DNA of 64,000 nt from Octopus sinensis (lineage: Eukaryota). A program made the translations under genes and the position numbers. The notes under the pieces were generated by a model. The model did no database searches and was not told where the DNA came from. It saw only the letters and a list, made by a program, of their open reading frames with translations. Positions 28,210 through 41,600 of this stretch are shown here, in pieces. The stretch lies in contig NC_043020.1 in the NCBI RefSeq assembly GCF_006345805.1, positions 27,528,001 to 27,592,000 of the forward strand, written 5' to 3'. How positions within the stretch are numbered: the first letter of the stretch is position 1; each line of letters begins with the position of its first letter.

Positions 28210-31200
28210 ATTGTTCTTTTGAACATCATTTACACATGTAGTATATGTTATTCTGTTAAACACCATATATGCATACAGTATTGTGGACCAATCAAAAGCA
28301 GGCAAACATAATTAGGTCCATGTGTGCACAGTTTAATTAAACACGCACGCACCCACAGTATATTTTGTTTTAATTCACATGGCAGACACGCATTCAAACA
28401 GGTCAGAGTCTAAACCCTTGTCGACTCGTTTTACTTGAGTCCTTCTCCGTCCCCCTCTTCAGTGTTTGTGGGGAGGCGTGGAAGGGTTTGGGATAACAAA
28501 AAGAGAAAAAATAAGTGACCCGGTTTTTCACTGTTGACCTTGTTTTTATTGGAACAAGTCAGAACGCCAGAGAAGAGGTACTTGTGAGATTACATACAGC
28601 AACAACAACGATAGCAACAACCACAACAACAATGGTACTGAATGGTAAGGAGAAGGGGATGATAGTGGCACAAAAATATTGCTGATGTTGTTGTTGTATT
28701 AATGGTTGTTGTTGCTAATGTCAAATTCAGAGATGATGTTGATAACAACTTGACAATAGCAACAACAATGGTATGCTGTGAGAAGTGTGGTTGTTTAACT
28801 CTAGGACTGCACTCGACCAGTAGATCAACATGTGATCAAAAACATTCCAACCATGACCATCACAATTATGATTTTTTTGTTTTGCAAAGGAGCAGACATG
28901 TAAAAACTTGCTTCTCAACCACATGGTTCCAGGTTCAGTTCCACTCTGTAGCACCTTGGGCAAGTATCTTCTACTATAGCCCCAGGTCGACCAAAGCCTT
29001 GTGTATTTGGTAAATGGAAACTAAAAGAAGCCTCTTGTATACATAGATATCTATATGTGTGTCTTTGTACCTCTTGGAGTGGTTGGCGCTAAGAAGAAGG
29101 GCATCAAGCCGTAGAAACCAAGCCACATCAGATTGGAACCTGGTGCAGATCTCCGACTTACCAGTTTTCAGTCAAACCGTCCAACCCATGCCAGCATGGA
29201 AAAACAGATGTTAAATGATGATGATGATGATGATGATGATGGGTTCAACAAGGCAGACCTATGATAAACACATTTTTTATCAGGCATATCATCAGCATCA
29301 TTTTCATTTGACGTCCAATCTTCCATGTTTCCATGACGCAAATGGAATTTGTTGAAGCAAATCTTCTACAGCTCGATGCCCTACCTGTCACCTTCCTTCA
29401 CCTGTTTCCAATCAAGGTAATATTTCCTCATGACCAGACAGGTTTTCCATGGAAGACTGGAAACGAACGACACTGTTTCTATGACAACGACGCTTGTTTA
29501 CAACTATCATGCGATGCCAAGACAAGGGTACAGACAAGGCGGTGAGCTGGCAGAATCGTTAGCACACCGGGTGAAATGCTTAGCGGTATTTCATCTGCCG
29601 TTACGTTCTGAGTTCAAATTCTGCCGAGGTCGACTTTGCCTTTCATCCTTTTGGGGTCGATTAAATAAGTACCAGTTACACACTGGGGTCGATATAATCG
29701 ACTTAATCCGTTTGTCTGTCCTTGTTTGTCCCCTCTGTGTTTAGCCCCTTGTGGGCAATAAAGAAATAAGACAAGGGCACACCCAAACACATGCGTGCAC
29801 ACATACACGTGTGGACACACATGATGGGCTTCTTTCAGTTTCCATTTACCAAATCCACTTTCAAGGCTTTGGTTGACTCTGGAGATATAGTAGAAGACAA
29901 TTTTCCCCAGGTGTTGTTCATTTCTAGTCTTCTGTGGAAAAACGTGTATGGCCTTGGGAAATATTACCTTACCTGGAAACAGGTGAGAGTTGGCAGCAGG
30001 AATTGCATCTTCCATGACAAAATTTGCGTCAACAAATTCCGTCTGGCCATGGGGAATATTACCTTGCCACAACTAACGGATGAGGGTTTGTGACAAGAAG
30101 CATATCTGATCAAGGAAAAATCTGCCTTGACAAATTCCATTTAACCCACAAAAGCATGGAAAGGCAAACCTTAAATAATGATGGTGATGATGATGATGAT
30201 GATGATGTTCCTCCTCTTCCTCCTCCTGAAAACGAATTGTATTGTTGCAGAATCCACTTTTTTGTATCAGCGATCTGAAGCGTGAGGTGCACGTGAGAGG
30301 TAAGCAAAAATCATCGGGTTAGCGAGGGCAATCATTTCAGAGCGGGGCAAAGTAAGCTGTGAGTCCTTGACGTCGGATGAGATAGGTTTTTACAAGTTCG
30401 GTGGTGGTGGTGGTGGTTGGAGGGAGAAGAAGAAGCAGACAATGTATTCAGAGGAGAGGTGGGGGAGCAGGGGGTGGGATGGGGGTGGGGACGAAGAAAG
30501 TTTTTCAAGTGAAGTAGCTGTTTGTTCTTGTTGCTGATAACTTGCACATGAGAGAGAGGAGTCATTGTGGTGGTGGGGGATGTTGCAGTTTTACCTACAT
30601 GCAGACAATCGCATATTCTCAGATTAAAGTTTGAGTATAGAGTGTAACCCTTACAGCAGAGATAGACAATAGATAAGAAGGGCAAGAGAGATTTGTAATC
30701 TGAAGTTTCTCTGCTGGCAGGAGGTGTTATGTGGCATCTGGGTTGCACCAGAGTCTGTGAGGCTGAAGACGCTCGACCTTTATTCTCTAGAAAAACGACG
30801 ACGCTGTGGTGATCTCATTCTTGCTCACAACATCATAAGCGGAAAGTGTAACCTCTCGAAAGAGCTGTTCTTCACTCCTGCTCCAGAGCTTCGGCTGCGG
30901 GGTCACTCCGCAAAGCTCTATCTGCAACGATTTCATCTCAATCGAAGGAGAGGGGCTTTCTCCGTCTGGGTTGCGGATCCGTGGAATAAGCTGCCGGACG
31001 AGCTGGTGAAGATGCTGACGACCGCTCAGTTCAAAGTCTCCCTTGACCAGAAATGGCCTGAACTCTTTACATGAACACCACCCTGTACATAACTCCATGT
31101 CCCCCTGCATGGCCTTGCTTTTTGCTTTTTGAGCCAAAAAATGAACTAACTAACTAAAGAATTGTCCAGAAGATTTAGTGTTGTTCTTTGAAGGAGGCGT

Positions 31201-32358
31201 TGTTATTTTAGTTGGGTTTGTTTGTAGTCAAGAGGAGACAGCAGTAACATAGCTAAAGGTTAGGTCAGTCAAAGCTGTCCTTCATCTTCCTTTCTCTCTA
31301 GACAAAAAGCACAACAAAACACACCAAAAATTCCGCCCTGAAAACAGAATGATCTCCCTCGACCTCACCTTTAACCTATTCAATACCACCCAGCCTGAAA
31401 CTGTCCCTGCTTCTCTAATACAAGTGACCTGTTTTAAAGTAATCTAAATTACTAGGTTGAGGAAAACGCTTGTGCACCATGTTAAAATAATGATTTTTTA
31501 TGCAAGAATTTATTCAAAATCAACAAACAACTATTCTTCAAAATAAACATCATCATTTTCCACGACCTTCTACCAATGATCTGCAAGATTTCAGATTTGG
31601 TCAAAGTACCAATGTTTCAGCTTTGAATGGAAAAATTCTTGACAGGCTTCTTCAACTTCATCGAATGATTCAAATCGGTGACCTTTCATAAAGTGCTGCA
31701 TTGATCGGAAGAGACCGTAATCAGGTGGAGCAAGGTCTGGACTATAGGCTGGATGCAGCAGAGCATCCACATCGCCTAATTCTTCAATCCAGTTGCTGGT
31801 CTTTCTGGTGGTATGTGGCTTTGCATTGTCTTGTTGAAACAAAGCACGTTTTCGATGAACAATTCTTGGGTCCTTTTCAACCAGTGCATTGTAGACACAA
31901 TCAAGTTGCTTGCAGTACAGTTCAGCATTGATAGCACAACCATTAGATGTAATGTATATGACAATTTCAAACCACTTGAAAGAGATTGGAAAAACAAAAA
32001 AAACTTGAGAAATGGGTGCCACACGAATTGAATGACAACCAAAAAAAAGGCCGTTTTGAAGTGTTGTCTTTCCTTCTTTTATGCAACAAGAATGACCCAT
32101 TTCTCGACCAGATTGTGACTTGCAATAAAAAGTGGATTCTTTACGACAACTGGTGATGCTCAGCTCGGTGGTTGGATGCCAACAAGAGTACGTTTAGGCA
32201 GCTATTTAATGGAACCATGGTGATGGTGTGGCATATATATATACACATATAAATAGATGAGTGTATTTTTACCTTGTTAACAATTAACACGGAAAAATAT
32301 TTGATTTACACCTGCGTTAAACTCCATTTATTTATTCATATATATATAATCTCATGCA

Positions 32359-32402
<44 letters not shown>

Positions 32403-32571
32403 AGCATGTATATGTATGTATATATATATATGTATGTATGCATGTATATATATATATATATATATGTATGTAGTATGCATGTATATATATATATATATAT
32501 AATATATGTATGTATGTATGCATGTATATATATTATATTATATATATATATATATGTATGTATGATGCATG

Positions 32572-32606
<35 letters not shown>

Positions 32607-32612
32607 GCATGT

Positions 32613-32647
<35 letters not shown>

Positions 32648-32649
32648 GC

Positions 32650-32726
<77 letters not shown>

Positions 32727-33180
32727 CTAGCAGTATCACCCGGCGTTGCTCGGTTTGTAAGGAAATAATTATATAAGCATTTTTAGAGATGTAAAGTATA
32801 ATAGCCATCTCAATATGGCTAACCATAAAGGGGGAGGGGTGTTACTGTAGCTTTTTACGTTCTGAGATTTAATAATAATTTTAGAGAGTTACTTCTCTTA
32901 TATATGTCAAAAATGGATTAAAAATGGGAAAAATTGATGGTAAATTTTTTTTAAATCGTAGACTCATCGTAGACGCGCGCTAATACCCAGACGGTCTTGA
33001 TATGAATCACGACTATAAGATACCCGCTTTTGGTTAAACTGCACCGCAAAATGTGGGAGTAGTTAGGAATCTAAATCGTAGGAGACAGACACACAACCTC
33101 ACTTTTATATATAAAGATTTCCTCTATTTACATAATATTGAGGTCTCTTTCTTTCTTTTGTTATCTTACTGTTTTTACCA

Positions 33181-33225
<45 letters not shown>

Positions 33226-36200
33226 CAGAGATGTACTTGCATAGCAAGTGACTTGATCTGAGATCGTGTGCTGGAACGAAAACAGTTGCAGCGTTGAAGG
33301 TGTTTATAAGCCATTTAAGAAACACACAAAAACCGTTAGATTCACTTCAACATTTAAATTTAATTTGTCAAAATATTTTCGTCGCTTTGAGACCGCGACC
33401 TGTTAGCACGATATTTTTGTCAGTGAACAGGTCGCGGTCTGAAAGCGACGAAAATATTTTGGCAAATTAAATTTAAATGTTGAAGTGAATCTAACGGTTT
33501 TTGTGTGTTTCTTAAATGGCTTATAAACACCTTCCACGCTGCACTATATATATACACACATATATATATATGTATGTATGTGTGTATATGTGTATGCATG
33601 TATGTGTGTGTGTGTGTGCGTGTCTGTGCTTGTGATTGTCCTCCACCACTGCTTGACAACGAATGTTGGTTTGTTTACATCCCTGTCACCTAGTGGTTTG
33701 ACAAAGGAAACAGAATAAGTACAATGCTTACAAAAATAAAACTGGAGTTGATTCATTAAACTACAATTTTTCAAGGCATTGCCCCAGCATGGCCACAGAC
33801 CAATGGTTGGAATAAGCAGAAGAATAAAAGAATACATTCTCTGCTTTGGTCTTATGTTCAAGGCATGAGAAAGCTTGAGTTTACATGAGAAGGCCTAACA
33901 GACCTGGTAGAAACAGCAGCCAAATCTCCCTCAAATCACACCTTACTGTCTTATGTATGTATATATATATGAGCCAATGAGGGGGACCTCTACATGGTAG
34001 CTAGACCTGGTAGAAATAGCAGCCAAATTTCCCCCAAATCACACCTTACTGTCTTATCTATGTATATATGTATGTATGAGCCTATGAGGGAGACCCCTAC
34101 ATGGCAGCTAGACATGGTAGAAATAGCAGCCAAATCTCCCTCAAATCACACCTTACTGTCTTATCTTTCTGCCACTTGGATATAGGTGTTATATTCGTCG
34201 TAAAAAACTTTCCTGTCACACACTCACGCACACACACACACACGCGCACACACACACACACACTCACACACACGCACGTTAGCTTACAATTTTATTTATA
34301 TATTTGCGTGTCTATGTGTTGAAAGAGGAAGTGGGAGGCAGAGTGAAAGAATCACTCACTACAGTAAGTGAATTACTATCATTTTATTCGTTGCCCACTG
34401 TGTGTGTGCGTTTGCGTGTGGTGTAAACCAGACTAAGAAAAGCATTTGACACACACACCAGAATGTGAGTTTTCTGTAAATTTTGCTTAATTGGAGTTTA
34501 AATTTTAAAAACTGGACCTGGCATGACGCGATGCATTGTACTCTCAAAAATGCTAGGTAAATTGTAATTGAAGAAATCCTATATTGTAGATTTGTATAAC
34601 TCCCAAAGGGAGGCAGATAAAATCTGCCTTTTATAATAAGAGATATATATATATATATATGTATGTATGTATGTATGCATGTATATATATGTATGTATGT
34701 ATGCATGTATATATATGTATGTATGTATGCATGTATATATATGTATGTATGTATGCATGTATATATATGTATGTATGTATGCATGTATATATATGTGTAT
34801 GTATGCATGTATATATATGTATATGTATGTATGCATGTATGTATATGTATGTATGCATGTATATGTATGTATGTATGCATGTATATGTATGTATGTATGT
34901 ATGCATGTATATGTATGTATGTATGCATGTATATGTATGTATATGTATGTATGCATGTATATATATGTATATGTATGTATGCATGTATATATATATGTAT
35001 ATGTATGTATGCATGTATATATATATGTATATGTATGCATGTATATATATATGTATATGTATGTATGCATGTATATATATATGTATATGTATGTATGCAT
35101 GTATATGTATGTATGCATGTATATATATATGTATATGTATGTATGCATGTATATATATATGTATATGTATGTATGCATGTATATATATGTATATGTATGT
35201 ATGCATGTATATATATATGTATGTGTATATATATGTATGCATGTATATATATATGTATGTGTATATATATATATATATATTTATACACACATGATGGGCT
35301 TCTTTCAGTTTCCATCTACTAAATTCACTCGCAGGGCTTTGGTTGGCCTGAGGCTATAGTAGAAAACACTAGCCCAAGGTGCCATGCTGTGGGACTGAAC
35401 TCAGAACCATGTGGTGGGGATCAGGCATCTTACCACACAGCCATGCTTGTCCACATTTCTTTGTTTTTTCATTTCCTGTTGACCCAGTTTCCTCCGTTCT
35501 ACAAGACCAGCGTTCCATTGCTAACCAAAATCAGAACACAAACAAACAATTAGCAAAGAACAACCTTCAGCGTCTGGAAAAACAGGACGGTGACATTGCT
35601 ATATTTGGATAATTGGATACAGCGAGGGGAGAGGGAGGATGATGAGGATGAATGATGTTGTTGATGATGATGATATTTGAGAGTATGTTTAGGAAGCTAT
35701 TTAATGGAACCACGGTGATGGTGCAGCATATATATATATTTAATCTCATGCTGTAAAATTTGTCCCCTGCCCTGGGCCTTTATTCACATTTGCAGCCAGG
35801 GCTGTGGAGTCGAAACAAAAAACTTTGACTCCGACTCCTCTGCTGTTGGCACCTCTGACTCCTCTTTATGTAATTAAGTAATTGTGGTCTACATGTCTCA
35901 TAAAGCATATGCATACTCTTGTACTTTTGGTAGGCCTCTATGTCATAAATGGTTTATATTAAAGAACTTACAGTATCACCCGGCGTTGCTCAGTTTTGTT
36001 TCGACCCTTTAGAATTGGAATTTTTGAAAAGTAAACATTTTGCATTATGTAGCTTGTTATTCTCTTTAAGTGAACATTTTTCTGGTTGAAATACACTGAA
36101 AAGTGGCGACACAGCAGTCCAAAAATCGTAAAAAAAAATAAGGATTTTCATAGAAAAAAAGCACCTTTTTGATGTAAATAATATTTGGTGCTAACATGGT

Positions 36201-37439
36201 CCGATTTGAATTTTTTCTTCTATGGAAGGAAGAGCAAGCCTTCTTCTATCATACTCTCAATTTTGGTCGACTTGCGCCGCAGGGTCTCGGAGGGGATAGT
36301 GTTTTTGAAGGCTACCAAACCTGCCATACACAGACAACTTCAGCTTTTTATATAAGGAGATAAAGACATTGTGAGTCGGAGTTGGTATAGTTTTACTGAC
36401 TCCAGCTGTAGCTTCCCCTTAATTGTTTTTGACTCCGACTCCACTGTCCTGTTTGCAGCCCATGATCACTATTAAACTGATTGGTGTTGTTATTGCTTGA
36501 TTAATTGAAGGCGTTGAGCTGGTAGAATCGTTAGCACACCAGATGTCCGTCTTTACATTCTGAGTTCAAATACTGCCATGGTCGACTTTGCCTTTCATCG
36601 TTTCAGGGTTGATAAATTAAGTACCAGTCAAGCACTGGGATCGATCTAATTGGCTGGTCCCTGTCCCCTAAACTCTCAGGCTTGTGCCTATAGAAGAAAG
36701 GGTTATTTACTTGGTTCATCAAAATCCACTTACTACCCCTTCCCAAGAGACTGAGTCTAAACATGTGTTTGTGTGTCTGTTTGTCTCTCAACACCACTTG
36801 ACAACTGGTGTTGATGTGATGACTGTCCCCTTCCCCCAAACTTTAGGCCTTGTGCCTATAATAGAAAAGGGTTATTATTATTAACCTCTGCCTTAGCGAA
36901 GGCGGAGGTATTATTTTCACAGGTATTTGTTTGTTTGCTTGTTTGTCCATGGACAAGATATCTCAAGAACCGCTGGATGAATTCGGATGAAACTTTCAGG
37001 GATGTTTGACCTCGTGACTGGCACGAACTGATTAGAATTTGGGATCGATCCGGTACCAGACAAGGATTCTAGATTATCTTTCCTGTTTTTTACTTAATCT
37101 CTGAAAACAGTTGGGTTCATTTTTAATATTCTCGTTTGTGAGAGCAGTTGAGTTTATTTCAGATATTCTCATTTTAAAAATCATTTCCAGCTAATTGTTG
37201 AGAGGACATTGATGTTGCCTTGGCGGAGGTTTGCACTCTCTGAGTGCTCTTGTTCTTGTTCATTATTATTATTATTATTATTATTATTGCCTTTCTCCTC
37301 CTCCCTCTCATCATTGTTATTATTATTGGCGTTAATGTTATTAATTTTACATATTTTAGACATTGACTAATTTATTTTAGTTATAGATGTTATTGTTATT
37401 TACTACTCCTACTACTACTGCTATTATTATCATTATTAG

Positions 37440-37470
<31 letters not shown>

Positions 37471-38580
37471 ATCATCATCATCATCACAATCTTTGCTCTG
37501 CCAAACACAATAGCTTTTGTTTTTGTATAGTTGTTGCTCATTGATTTCTTGAAGTTGGAAGTGTACCAACAGGTTAATAACACACATACACACGTGTATA
37601 CATACACACACTCACACACATATGTATATATGTATGTATATATGTATGTATATATATATATATAATGTATACTAACCAGTGTATTATGTGGACGTACGCC
37701 TGTATTAAACAGATTAACTTGAAACCATCTGACAATGCAGACTTGAAAGTTTACGGAGCACTTCTGATGAAAAAAAGATTAAGCTGTACGTCAACTGTTT
37801 CTATGGGAACTAAACACCTGCAAAACAAAGAGGAGTTGGCTGGATTGGTGTTTATTGGTATAGACCAGCATTTCTCAACCGGGGTTCCCCGGAACCCTGG
37901 GTTCTGCGGAAGGTTCCTAGGCGTTCCGTGAGATAAGCTAATGCTAATTTCATGATTGTAATATTACTGTGCATGCACAACATATTATTGGTTAGGGGTT
38001 CCCTTGAGACATGTAATTTCTTTTAAGGGTTACGCAAGGGTAAAAGGGTTGAGAAACACTGGTGTAGACATACAACATGAAATTAAGGACCAGCCGCAGA
38101 TAATAAGGGACGGAGGACCCGGGCACAGAGTTCTGAGATGCATCTCTGTTGTGACCACTTGAAGATTGTCATCATCATCATCATTGTCATCATCATCTTT
38201 GTGTTAGTACCCACTTCCCTGAGCTTCTGATTAATACTTCGCATGTACCATGTCCTCGCGTTGTTTTTTTCTCTCCGTTTTTTTTTTGATTAATCATATA
38301 CACACACATACACACACACATATGCCCTGCTGTTAAAGCAATGAGGACATCTCCATAGACAAAACCTATGTACTTGTTGTCAAATACAGTGTGATGCACT
38401 TGTCGACACATTAGACATGGCTTCTCTTTTTTTTTACCTAACAACTCTCTCTCTCTCTCTTTCTCTCTTTTGCTTCTACCCACCGACACCACCAACTCAT
38501 TTTGTGATTTTCCCTCATCCAGTTGTCACTCACTTGTCACCTATGTCATATTCATACAATACAAATGTGTGTGTATGTGT

Positions 38581-38611
<31 letters not shown>

Positions 38612-41600
38612 CACACACACACATATATATATATATGTATATATATATGGACATAAGCACGTAGGGTGGTGGTGGAAAGTAATGTGGTTGCATAGTGTAT
38701 GTTTTCAGGGTTATGGCAGTGGTCTGCAAATATCTCCTTCCACCTCCTTTTCCCATCTTCCCTCTCCTCCTCCTCCTATTTTCATGTCCATCTTCCATAC
38801 GGGCATGGGTTGGACTGCTTGACAAGGACCTAAACATGTCCGAAGGGCTGCGCTGTGCTCTGACGTCTGCTTTTGTCAAGCTTCCCCTCACTGGATGCCC
38901 TTCTTAAGGCCAACCACTTTGTAAACTGTACTGGGTGCCTGTTTTCATGCCAGCAGCAACAGCAAGACCACTGTGCACCTCAGATCCCTTTTGGCTGAGT
39001 GGGGCTACATCAGAGAAGAGGGGGCTTTATGCTAGATCAGCGACTCTCAACTGTTTTTTTTTACCTAACGACCCCTTTGCCAGCATTGCCTTACCGGCAC
39101 TTGTGCCGGTGGCACGTGGAAAGCAACATTCGAGCGTGGTCTTTGCCAGTGCCGCCAGACTGGCTCCCATGCAGGTAGCACGTAAAAACACCTTTTGAGC
39201 ATGGTCATTACCAGAACTACCTGACTGGCCCTAATGTCGGTCGCACGTAAAAGCACCCACTACACTCTCGGAGTGGTTGGCGTTAGGAAGGGCATCCTGC
39301 TGTAGAAACTTTGCCAGATCAAGATTGGAGCCTGGTGCAGCCATCTGGTTCGCTAGTCTTCAGACAAACTGTCCAACCCATGCGAGCATGGAAAGCGGAT
39401 ATTAAACAATGATGATGATGCAAGGTTTCAATTGAGATCACTTTAATCCTTTAGCTTTCAGATTACTCTGTCAAATGTAAAGCTTATTTATTCACATTGG
39501 TTTGAATTAATCTGGCATTATCTTGTAACTTTGAGATCAGGAAGATGTATTTGTTTATGGGAACATCATATTGTAGGGCAGGTGTGAGAAGCCAGATCTA
39601 GCTGGTTTGAACCCACATAAGGCGGCGAGCTGGCAGAAACGTTAGCACGCCGGGCGAAATGCTTAGCAGTATTTCGTCTGCGTTACGTTGTGAGTTCAAA
39701 TTCCGCCGAGGTCGACTTTGCCTTTCATCCTTTCGGGGTCGATAAATTAAGTACCAGTTACGCACTGGGGTCGATGTAATCGACTTAATACCTATGTCGG
39801 TCCTTGTTTGTCCCCTCTGTGTTTAGCCCCTTGTGGGTAATAAAGAAATAGGTTTGAACCCACAAAACAGGTAGAAAATTTGGGCTGGATATGGTTTGTT
39901 CAACCCTTTTGTTACCAACCCAGCTGAAATCACCTCAGGCTCTGTAATGCAAATGTCTTGTTTTCATAAGTTTTTTATCAAAATCTTCCACCAAACCTTA
40001 GTCACATTTTATGACATTAGTCACATTTTATGATCCTAACACTAGCTCAATGATAATTAAGTTATTTTATTAATTTTTTTTGATATTTAAAATTAATTGG
40101 AAGAAACACAGAGGATCTCAAAATAAATACGGTAACGAAAGGGTTCAAGGGCTAAAACAGGAAGGATGTGTCATAAACCATGGAGCAGGATCCAGGTAGG
40201 TTAAGAGAAATTAATGCAAATTTATACAAGATTCTCATTATAACTTCTTAAATAATAAACGTCTGTGTTGCTTTAAGAACATAGATTTTGGATATTCCAT
40301 CCAGCAGAACTGGTGATATTTGGCAACACGATCTAATACTACACAATAATTTCCAATTGATTTCAGTTTAGACAATAATAAATGAGAAGTGATCGTTAAA
40401 AATAGTGCCATGATATTGGTGTTAAATAGCTTAGTGACTTTTCTAATGCTTGTGTAGATCGACGGAGGTAAATGTTTCGGGCAATTACGATTTTCTAATA
40501 ATCAATAAATCATAATCTATTTACGTCCTCGGCGGATAATTGGGTTAAAAATCAATAAGTCAAGTGCTAATAGGCAGAACCTAAGCAACTACAGCAAGCT
40601 GGTCGTCAGAAAGATGACCGACAAGGTGTAAATTAGATGAGAGAGAATACGAAGGTATGATACAGGCCTTACTGCGTTCACCTGGGCTGCCTTGATAAGA
40701 CTGGAAGGACAGGACTTCATGTTGAATGTGGAAAGGGGTTAATGGTTACAGCATGCTGGGGTGCCACTTGGAAGGGTTTAGTTAAGCATATATATATATA
40801 TGAGAGAGAGTGGTGTAGGCGTGGGTGTGTGGTAAGAAGCTTGCTTCCCAACCACATGGTTCTGGGTTCAGTCCCACTGTGTGGTACCTTGGGCAAGTGT
40901 TTTCTACTATAGCCTGGGCCCAACCAAAGCCTTGTGAGTGGATTTGGTAGACAGAAACTGAAAAAAGTCTGTTGTATATATGTATCGCTTCCTAATGCCA
41001 ACCACTCCGTGCGTGTAGAAAAGCACCCACTACACTCCCGGCGTGGTTAGTGTTAGGAGGAGCATCTAGCTGTAGAAATACTACCAGATCAGACTGGAGC
41101 CTGGTGCAGCCTCCTGTCTTCCCAGACCCCGGTCGAACTGTCCAACCCATGCTAGCATGGAAAACGGACTTTAAACAATGATGATGTTGTATGTATATAT
41201 CTTTGTATGTGTTTGTCTTAGTCCACCAACATCACCACCACCTTACAACCAGTGTTGGTGAGTTTACATCCCTGTGACTTAGCAGTTTGGTAAAAAGACT
41301 GATAGAATAAGTACCAGGCTTGAAAAATAAAAATGGTACTGGGTTGATTCATTCAACTACACACACACACACACAATGGACTGAGGCCCAGTATCCATCT
41401 ATCTATTTTATTCACAAGGTCATTGGTTGGCATGGGGTTATAGTAGAAGATACTTGAGCCCAGTGGGGGGCCATGCAGTAGGACTGAACCATGCCTGTGC
41501 CTGTAGCTATATGCCTGTGGTACAAAACAATAAAAAGATAATAAAAATGTCAAAAGTATTGGTCATGAACCATTTTCTAATGACATATTTCTCACAAAGT

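Noticed and set aside
34359-35359. Long ORFs of 200-318 aa (and similar YI/HT/CV-rich ORFs at 0.9, 8-9.7, 32.3, 57 and 58 kb)
   Set aside because: These are stop-free translations of microsatellites.
40455-40615. Minus-strand CTGACGA/CCGAGGA ... GAAACAT hammerhead-like pieces
   Set aside because: No convincing stem I or stem II pairing could be built.
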